A stretch of 5,653 bases of DNA from Trichoplax adhaerens. Taxonomy: Eukaryota > Animalia > Placozoa. The translations under genes and the position numbers were made by a program. The notes beneath the pieces are model-generated. The model was not told the DNA's origin and did no database searches. It saw only the letters and a program-made list of their open reading frames with translations. The stretch spans positions 1-5,653 of the forward strand of contig NW_002061342.1 of assembly GCF_000150275.1 (NCBI RefSeq), read 5' to 3'. Positions within the stretch are counted from its first letter, which is position 1. Every line of letters starts with the position of its first letter. Shown here piece by piece: positions 1-5,653 of this stretch.

Positions 1-301
1 ATGCAGAGCCTTCTGGGACTAAAAAGCCCATAGACATCAATTTTATATTTTGTTCTTCATGAGGTTGTATTAAACCATCTTTTATATCTGGTTTTTGGTT
101 AATATTAAAAATTCTAGGAATTGATGGTCCATAAACATCTGAATCTAGTAAGCCAACTTTATATCCTGATTCTGCTAAACTGATTGCTATGTTTGATGCA
201 ATAGTAGATTTGCCAACACCTCCTTTTCCTGAAGATACTAAGATTATATTACTTATCTTGTCTAATTTAGTTTTTTGTTTTGGGGATGGGCGCTTAAACA
301 T
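1..301 (-). CDS. mrp: Mrp/ApbC/NBP35-family ATP-binding Fe-S cluster carrier protein, 5' part (runs off the left edge)
   Basis: Manual translation from ATG at 301: MFKRPSPKQKTKLDKISNIILVSSGKGGVGKSTIASNIAISLAESGYKVGLLDSDVYGPSIPRIFNINQKPDIKDGLIQPHEEQNIKLMSMGFLVPEGSA. It has the deviant Walker A GKGGVGKST plus the Mrp motifs LLDxDxYGPS and MSMGFL. An in-frame TAA lies 5 codons upstream of the ATG. Confidence 0.93.
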   Translation of the reverse strand, partial: MFKRPSPKQKTKLDKISNIILVSSGKGGVGKSTIASNIAISLAESGYKVGLLDSDVYGPSIPRIFNINQKPDIKDGLIQPHEEQNIKLMSMGFLVPEGSA

Positions 302-347
302 AAATAGTGCTAATTAATAGTTTATGTTATTTTAGGCATATTTATTA

Positions 348-379
348 GAAAATCTAGGCTAAATATTTATAGCCTAGAT
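348..379 (-). terminator. Probable intrinsic terminator for the minus-strand orphan gene pair
   Basis: Perfect 10-bp inverted repeat ATCTAGGCTA (352-361) / TAGCCTAGAT (370-379) with an 8-nt loop. On the minus strand it is followed by a short T run. It lies about 55 nt downstream of the true stop (435) of orphan copy A. Confidence 0.6.
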
Positions 380-434
380 AAAATGTATACTGTAATTTTT
401 TGAAAAATTTTATTATTTAATTAATTACACGAGA

Positions 435-1234
435 TCATAGCTCATCAATAATATCTGTGTGTACAAACTGTTTTGTAGGACAGAATTCATTGTCGTAAGC
501 TAAAGTGAAAATTTCTTTACAAGTAATAAATTGAATAAAAAAGTCTGGATCTTCATGATCATAATTGCTTTGGCATATACCTGTGCTCAAACCTTCTCTG
601 ATTACAGGGTCAATGCTTTTTAGATCATTACATTGATTATTATAAGTATTAAAGACATTTTTTATAATATCAATTAAGTGTTTTTTTCTTGCTCTAATAT
701 ATCTTCAGCAACTGGATTTGGTTTTGCCGTAGATGTGTCTCCTTCTGATATATATGCTTTTATAATACTACCATTGGCATTAAGGTACTTAAATGTTCCT
801 ACTACATCAGATTTTTCATATGATTCACTTCCTTGCTCATCAAAAGTAAATGTAAATCTAAGTTCTGCATTAAAGCTTTTTTTGTCATTGATCAGTCTAA
901 ACATAAAGAATTCATATCCTTGATATTGTTCTGAAGGATCTTCCAAAGGACTAGGTGTAATAACAGTGATATAATTTTTATTAACAGAGCTATTTGATGG
1001 TTCGTTGGTTGATTCAACCACATATAATGTTTTACCTAAATATGATAAACTACCATACTTATCATACATAACCTGTTTACGTTCTAAAGCATAATTCATA
1101 ATACCAAGATGCTTTTTAATGCTATGATCTATCTTATTTTTCAGAAAGTTGAAGCTATAACTGACTTTTCTATCTAATAAACTTATTTGTATGTCATTTA
1201 TTGTTTCTTGATTAAATATATTGCTTTCAGACAT
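435..1234 (-). pseudogene. Orphan paralog A, frameshifted at an A7 run (681-687). Reconstructed length ~266 aa; the 0-frame product is 186 aa (674..1234)
   Basis: The 186-aa ORF aligns with the N-domain of paralog B (LKNK..SIKKH, VMYD.YGSLSYL, GYEFFMFRLIN, F.YL.ANG, DTS..PVA). The -1 frame from 680 to 435 is open and reads HLIDIIKNVFNTYNNQCNDLKSIDPVIREGLSTGICQSNYDHEDPDFFIQFITCKEIFTLAYDNEFCPTKQFVHTDIIDEL*, which is homologous to the C-domain of B. It could be a pseudogene, a recoded or phase-variable gene, or a sequencing error. Confidence 0.85.
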
Positions 1235-1313
1235 AATTTTTTTACCTCACAAAAATTTATTTCTTGCTATTAACGAAAATTAAATTTTAAGTCAAGAAAT
1301 ATCTAGAATAAAT
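1228..1313 (-). repeat. 86-bp direct repeat, copy A (promoter, RBS and first codons of paralog A)
   Basis: Matches 2161-2246 at 82/86 positions with no indels (offset 933). Confidence 0.95.
1267..1295 (-). promoter_or_regulatory. Putative sigma70 promoter of paralog A: TTGACT-N17-TAATAG
   Basis: -35 TTGACT at 1295-1290, a 17-nt spacer, and a -10-like TAATAG at 1272-1267. Both hexamers are identical in the second copy, while 3 of the 4 mismatches between the copies fall in the spacer. The -10 lacks the final T, as many alphaproteobacterial promoters do. Confidence 0.55.
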
Positions 1314-1321
1314 AAACGAGA

Positions 1322-2167
1322 TCATAATTCATCAGGATCATCAGGATAATCAGTTATATTATCATTGTTATTAATGTATAATAATTCATCAGGATCATCA
1401 GCATAATCAGGTGTTTTATAAGCGATACTATTGCATAATTCATCATTGCTAGCTAAAGTAAATATCTCTTTACAATTCGCAAAGTGAATAAAAGAATCTG
1501 TATCTGTATCTTCAGTGTTATATAAACTATGACAAAAATCGGTAGTTAGTTTGTCTTTATGGACTTTATCAGGAATATTTTTTAATTTGTTGCAAAGTGG
1601 TTGTGAACGGAAGTCTCGTGAACGTTGGTCGTAAAATACACTTTTTATAATATCAATTAAGTGGTTTGTTTCTTGATTTAATATCTGTGCAGCAACTGGA
1701 CTTACCATTGATGTATCTTCTTCTAATAGATGTTTTGTTGCCCTACCATTGGCATCAAGGTACTCAAACATTCTTACTAAATCAAGTATTTGATATGATT
1801 TATATGTTTGTTTATCAAGAACAATTTTATAATCATGTGCTATATTAAAGCTATTTTGACCATTGATCAGTCTAAACATAAAGAATTCATATCCTAGATA
1901 TTGGTTTAAAAAATAAGGTGCAATAGTGAAGTTTCGGTATTCATTGGTTGGTCCAACCAAATAAAATGGTTCGTTTAGATATGACAAACTTCCATATCCA
2001 TCATACATAACTGAACCGTGCTTAAAAGCTAAATACATATCATGAAAATGTTTTTTAATACTTTCATTTAACTTATTTTTCAGATATTTGAAGGCATGAT
2101 TTATCTCTTCCATTGCGTCATTATTGTATCCCTCCAAATTTCTATCGAATGAATTATATCCAGACAT
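1322..2167 (-). CDS. Orphan paralog B, 281-aa hypothetical protein with a 4-Cys C-domain and an acidic repeat tail ending PDEL
   Basis: Long ORF in AT-rich DNA, GAGGT RBS about 10 nt upstream of the ATG, and full-length homology to paralog A. I recognise no known family and see no signal peptide or TM helix. Confidence 0.88.
   Translation of the reverse strand: MSGYNSFDRNLEGYNNDAMEEINHAFKYLKNKLNESIKKHFHDMYLAFKHGSVMYDGYGSLSYLNEPFYLVGPTNEYRNFTIAPYFLNQYLGYEFFMFRLINGQNSFNIAHDYKIVLDKQTYKSYQILDLVRMFEYLDANGRATKHLLEEDTSMVSPVAAQILNQETNHLIDIIKSVFYDQRSRDFRSQPLCNKLKNIPDKVHKDKLTTDFCHSLYNTEDTDTDSFIHFANCKEIFTLASNDELCNSIAYKTPDYADDPDELLYINNNDNITDYPDDPDEL
1324..1410 (-). repeat. Intragenic 30-bp direct repeat (period 57 nt = 19 aa) encoding DY(A/P)DDPDEL twice
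   Basis: ATAATTCATCAGGATCATCAG(G/C)ATAATCAG at 1324-1353 and 1381-1410, 29/30 identical, with a nested 9-bp TCATCAGGA unit. Confidence 0.9.
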
Positions 2168-2246
2168 AATTTTTTTACCTCACAAAAATTTATTGCTTGC
2201 TATTAACGGAAATTAAACTTCAAGTCAAGAAATATCTAGAATAAAT
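2161..2246 (-). repeat. 86-bp direct repeat, copy B (promoter, RBS and first codons of paralog B)
   Basis: Matches 1228-1313 at 82/86 positions. Confidence 0.95.
2200..2228 (-). promoter_or_regulatory. Putative sigma70 promoter of paralog B: TTGACT-N17-TAATAG
   Basis: Same hexamers and spacing as 1267-1295, located in the divergent intergenic region before fabD. Confidence 0.55.
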
Positions 2247-2292
2247 TTTTAAATTAAACTAACATATCCAAATTATATTTAAATTTATTTTT

Positions 2293-3231
2293 ATGAACAC
2301 AGCTTTTATATATCCTGGTCAAGGTTCTCAATATGTTGGAATGGGCAAGGATCTTTATGATAATTTTTTTGAGGCTAAAGAAGTTTTTGAAATTGTTAAT
2401 GATGCATTAAATCAGAATTTAAGTGATATAATTTTTAATGGGGATTCTGATGATTTAAAAATAACCAGCAATACTCAACCGGCAATTATGGCAACATCAA
2501 TGGCTGTTTTTAAGGTTTTAATATCTCTTTCAAATAAAAAAATTACAGAATTATGTTCCATATCAGCGGGACATTCTTTAGGTGAATATAGTGCTTTATG
2601 TGCTACAGAAAGTATACATATGAAAAATACAGCTAAAATATTAAGAGCTAGGGGTAATGCAATGCAAAAAGCAGTGCCAATAGGTAAAGGAGCTATGTAT
2701 GCTTTAATTGGTGGAGATGAAGTTGCAGCTGAAGAGGTCTGCAAAATTCTTTCTGAAAATGGTGTTTGTGAAATTGCAAATGACAATGGAGGGGGGCAAA
2801 TTATACTTAGTGGAGATAAAGATGCATTTAAAGATATAAATGAGGTGGTAAAAAACTTTAAAATAAGGAAGGCAATACCACTTCCTGTAAGTGCTCCATT
2901 TCACTCAAGTTTGATGAAAGAAGCAACTGAGGTAATGTCTCAAGAATTAGCAAAATATAATTTTGAAGCTCCTAAGATTGATGTTATTGCAAATTATTCT
3001 GCGAATGTATATCAATCTAAAGAAGAAATAAAAGACTTATTGGTAAAACAAATAGAAGGCAAGGTGAGATGGCGTGAGACAATTGCTAAGATGTATAACG
3101 AATTTTCAATAAGAAAATTTGTTGAAGTAGGGCCTGGTAATGTGTTAACCAACCTTATTAAAAGGGAATATAAAGATGTTGAGGTTTATAGTTTGCAAAC
3201 AGCAAATGACATAGAAAATTTTTTAAAATAG
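2293..3231 (+). CDS. fabD: Malonyl-CoA:ACP transacylase
   Basis: 312 aa with PGQGSQ, TQPAI, catalytic GHSLGEY, SAPFHS, VRW and EVGPG motifs; adjacent to fabG. Confidence 0.98.
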   Translation: MNTAFIYPGQGSQYVGMGKDLYDNFFEAKEVFEIVNDALNQNLSDIIFNGDSDDLKITSNTQPAIMATSMAVFKVLISLSNKKITELCSISAGHSLGEYSALCATESIHMKNTAKILRARGNAMQKAVPIGKGAMYALIGGDEVAAEEVCKILSENGVCEIANDNGGGQIILSGDKDAFKDINEVVKNFKIRKAIPLPVSAPFHSSLMKEATEVMSQELAKYNFEAPKIDVIANYSANVYQSKEEIKDLLVKQIEGKVRWRETIAKMYNEFSIRKFVEVGPGNVLTNLIKREYKDVEVYSLQTANDIENFLK

Positions 3232-3240
3232 GAGATTATA

Positions 3241-3978
3241 ATGTTTGATTTAATTAATAAAATTGCTTTAGTGACAGGTGCTACTGGGGGTATAGGGCGT
3301 TCAATAGTAAAAGATTTTATTGCTACAGGAGCAAAAGTAGTTGCTGTTGGGCGAAATCAAGAAAAATTAAAAGAGCTAAATAATGAGTTTGGTGAAATGG
3401 TTTTTACTATGGAATGTGACTTTAATGATAAATCCCAAGTTAATTTTTTGTTTGAAAATGCTGAAAAAGAATATGGAAATATAGATATTTTAGTTTGCAA
3501 TGCTGGTATCACTAAGGATAATTTAGCACTTAGGTTAAAGGATGAAGATTGGGATGGTGTTATAGAAATGAATCTTAATTCAACTTTTAGACTTAATAGA
3601 TCAGCAATAAAATCTATGATGAAACGAAGGTATGGTAGAATAATTAATATATCATCAGTTATTGGTCTTAGTGGTAATGCTGGACAGGCAAATTATGCAG
3701 CAAGTAAAGCAGGCATTATAGCTATGTCTAAATCGCTTGCAAAAGAAGTGGCGGCAAGAGGTATTACAGTGAACTGTGTGGCACCTGGTTATATTGATAC
3801 ACCCATGACTCAAGTACTAAATGATGATATAAAAAATAACATTATTTCACATATTCCAGCTAAAAGAATTGGAATTCCCAAAGATGTGTCTAGTGCAGTG
3901 ATATTTCTTGCATCTGATGAGAGTTCATACATTAACGGGCACACTCTAAGTGTAAATGGTGGAATGTTGATGTACTGA
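3241..3978 (+). CDS. fabG: 3-oxoacyl-ACP reductase
   Basis: 245-aa SDR with TGATGGIG, NAGITKD, GNAGQANYAASK (YxxxK) and VAPGYIDT motifs. AGGAG RBS at 3230-3234. Confidence 0.98.
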   Translation: MFDLINKIALVTGATGGIGRSIVKDFIATGAKVVAVGRNQEKLKELNNEFGEMVFTMECDFNDKSQVNFLFENAEKEYGNIDILVCNAGITKDNLALRLKDEDWDGVIEMNLNSTFRLNRSAIKSMMKRRYGRIINISSVIGLSGNAGQANYAASKAGIIAMSKSLAKEVAARGITVNCVAPGYIDTPMTQVLNDDIKNNIISHIPAKRIGIPKDVSSAVIFLASDESSYINGHTLSVNGGMLMY

Positions 3979-4865
3979 TGTTAAAGGATGTATATAAAAA
4001 GTATATTTTAGAAAAAGGATATAAGGAGGATAAAAATCAATTAAAATTAATTGATTTATTAACTCAATTTAGTTTGCAAATTGAAAAGCCAAAAACATTA
4101 ATAGATAAATTGTTTAGTAAGAATTCTTCCTTGAAGAAGGGAGTGTATTTATGGGGGAAAGTTGGTAGAGGTAAAACATTGGTCTTAAATTTATTTTTTG
4201 AAAATTTACAAGTGAAAAATAAGTTAAAGCAACATTTTCATGAATTTATATTAGATTGCCATGAAAAAATAAATAATCTTAATCAACAAAAAAATATTGA
4301 TAACAAAGTATCTGAGATTGCCAAAGAAATTTCTAAAAAATTTTGTATTTTATACCTTGATGAGTTTCAGGTGAATAATATTGTTGATGCTATGCTATTA
4401 TCTAGGCTTTTTACTGAATTAATAAATAATGGAACATTTATTTTTCTTACTTCTAATTCTTGTCCTCAAGATATCTATAAAAATGGTCTTAAGAGGGAGT
4501 ATATTTNNNNNNNNNNNNNNNNNNNNNNNNNNNNNNNNNNNNNNNNNNNNNNNNNNAGTGAAGTTTGTGAGGCAAATCTGGGTGCAATCGATTATATAGC
4601 ATTATGCAATCATTTTTCAGTTTTAGTGATTGAAAATATACCTCAGCTAAAATTTGAAAATCACAATGAAGCATTAAGGTTTATTTCTTTAGTAGATTGT
4701 ATGTATAATGAAAAAGTATTAGGTATATTTTCTTCTCAAGTGAAGTTGGATAAATTATATATTGGAGATATTCATAAAAAAGAGTTTGATAGAACAATTT
4801 CGCGTATATATGAAATGCAATCAAAAGCATATATTGAGAATTCAAAAATTTTTCAAAGCCAATAA
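3978..4865 (+). CDS. zapE: AFG1/ZapE-family ATPase, interrupted by an assembly gap
   Basis: GVYLWGKVGRGKT Walker A, HFHEF, LYLDEFQV Walker B, DAMLLSRLF, TSN..P..Y..GL, LGAIDYIAL, RFISLVDCMY and RTISRIYEMQS are all AFG1/ZapE signatures. Its start overlaps the fabG stop (TGATG). Confidence 0.95.
   Translation: MLKDVYKKYILEKGYKEDKNQLKLIDLLTQFSLQIEKPKTLIDKLFSKNSSLKKGVYLWGKVGRGKTLVLNLFFENLQVKNKLKQHFHEFILDCHEKINNLNQQKNIDNKVSEIAKEISKKFCILYLDEFQVNNIVDAMLLSRLFTELINNGTFIFLTSNSCPQDIYKNGLKREYIXXXXXXXXXXXXXXXXXSEVCEANLGAIDYIALCNHFSVLVIENIPQLKFENHNEALRFISLVDCMYNEKVLGIFSSQVKLDKLYIGDIHKKEFDRTISRIYEMQSKAYIENSKIFQSQ
4507..4556. other. Scaffold gap (50 N)
   Basis: Run of 50 N inside zapE. It is probably a placeholder shorter than the true gap, since 295 aa is short for ZapE. 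Confidence 0.97.
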
Positions 4866-4920
4866 ATTAATATTTAAATACACTTTACTTATAGTTGTAA
4901 AATAGTTACCATATATTTCT

Positions 4921-5653
4921 CTGGACTTTTGACAAATTGTGATAAATTTGCAACTATAACTGAAGAATAAAAATAATTTAATGAAAAAAGTCAAAAATAT
5001 TGAAGAGCTAAAAAAATATTTCAATAATATTGAAAATCTTTTTTCCCTATGAAAAAAATTCATGCATTGATTTAATCTTTGCTTTAGCAACAAATTTTAC
5101 ATTAAAAGCAATGACAGTAGTTGAATTAAGCCTTAGTAGATTTTTTAAAAGAAAATATAGTAGCTTATATCGTGCTATTGGTGGTTATTTTACATCTCGC
5201 AAGAATAAAAAAAATAGAGAAGAAAAAAGAGCAGAAGCAAAGGAAAAAATAAAAAGTTTTTTGTTCGAGTCAGCAATAGAGGATACAGGGAATATACATA
5301 CATTTGCAATAGATATTACTGGCAATATAAAAAAGCACTCAGCTAAATCAGAAGATAGAAGTTATATTCATTCAGGTTCTATTGGAGGAATGAGTATAGG
5401 GCATAATTACAGTGTTATAGCACTAAAAGAAGATTATGGTTGGATGCTTCCAGTGACAATAGATAGAGTGCCACATAGTGAGAATAAATATGATTTTAGT
5501 GTGATTCAAGCTGAATCTGTATTAGATAAAGTGCCTCAAGGCGATATATCTATAATAGTTGGAGATTCTGCATATTCATGTAATAAATTCATATATAAGC
5601 TTAGTAAGAGAGCTAATGTAGCAGTCATCACAAGAATGAGGGTAAATAAGGCA
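4921..5653 (+). mobile_element. Insertion sequence, left portion; candidate left end CTGGACTTTTGACAA at 4921
   Basis: The transposase starts 60 nt downstream. The boundary is tentative: it rests on a relatively GC-rich 15-mer at a plausible distance from the ATG, and the right end lies outside the window. Confidence 0.5.
4981..5653 (+). pseudogene. DDE transposase (IS701/IS4-superfamily, DDE_5-like), 5' part, frameshifted at T6C3 (5039-5047); runs off the right edge
   Basis: ATG 4981 gives MKKVKNIEELKKYFNNIENLFSL* (stop 5050-5052). The +1 frame from 5042 stays open to 5653: FPYEKNSCIDLIFALAT...VVELSLSRFFKRKYSSLYRAI...FAIDITG...SEDRSYIH...GHNYSVIAL...WMLPVTIDRV...IVGDSAYS...VITRMRVNK. AIDxT and GDSAY carry the first two catalytic Asp of an RNase H-fold transposase. 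The first in-frame ATG is at 5111. Confidence 0.8.

Noticed and set aside
678-923. 81-aa plus-strand ORF
   Set aside because: Antisense shadow of paralog A with no RBS or recognisable motif.
1201-1219. 18/19-bp match to 1666-1684 (NQET motif at non-homologous positions of A and B)
   Set aside because: Short, very AT-rich and isolated, so it cannot be distinguished from chance.
1270-1283. Possible CtrA box in the duplicated promoter
   Set aside because: The spacing is TTAA-N6-TTAA rather than the canonical N7, and TTAA is very common at this AT content.
1324-1410. Mini CRISPR-like repeat-spacer-repeat (30-bp repeats, 27-bp spacer)
   Set aside because: Only two units, in frame inside a CDS, non-palindromic, and no cas genes nearby. 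It is a coding repeat.
1666-1848. 60-aa plus-strand ORF
   Set aside because: Antisense to paralog B and not conserved as a protein in the paralogous region.
435-2167. Diversity-generating retroelement or toxin-antitoxin interpretation of the paralog pair
   Set aside because: There is no reverse transcriptase, the differences are not adenine-specific, and the two genes are homologs rather than a toxin/antitoxin pair.
2475-2904. Minus-strand ORFs of 103 aa and 66 aa
   Set aside because: Antisense shadows inside fabD.
4489-4674. 61-aa minus-strand ORF
   Set aside because: Antisense to zapE and spans the N gap, so it is an artefact.
3978-4865. Apparently shortened ZapE (295 aa)
   Set aside because: The missing segment coincides with the 50-N gap, so the short length and the in-frame read-through are not biological evidence.
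4929-4960. TTGACA...TATAAC as the transposase promoter
   Set aside because: The spacer is 20 nt, too long for a standard sigma70 promoter.
4842-5093. 83-aa Phe/Leu-rich minus-strand ORF
   Set aside because: Overlaps the zapE 3' end and the transposase start on the opposite strand. Its hydrophobicity simply reflects A-rich plus-strand sequence.

Overview
Very AT-rich bacterial DNA; the low GC and gene set are consistent with a Rickettsiales-like endosymbiont, which is inference. From left to right: (1) the 5' part of a minus-strand Mrp/ApbC (NBP35-family) P-loop ATPase, missed by the ORF track, that lacks the usual N-terminal domain; (2) a hairpin terminator; (3) a head-to-tail duplication (about 429-1313 and 1316-2246) of an orphan gene with its own 95%-conserved promoter/RBS block; (4) a divergent fabD-fabG-zapE cluster with a 50-N assembly gap inside zapE; (5) the start of a DDE transposase (IS701/IS4-like), also missed by the ORF track and frameshifted near its 5' end. 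The main observation concerns the orphan pair. The 186-aa copy is really a ~266-aa gene broken by a 1-nt shift at an A7 run (A_AAA_AAC). Both full-length paralogs share a Cys-free N-domain, a 4-Cys C-domain and a C-terminal -DEL. This suggests an undescribed, fast-diverging, possibly host-targeted protein family with an ER-retention-like tail.
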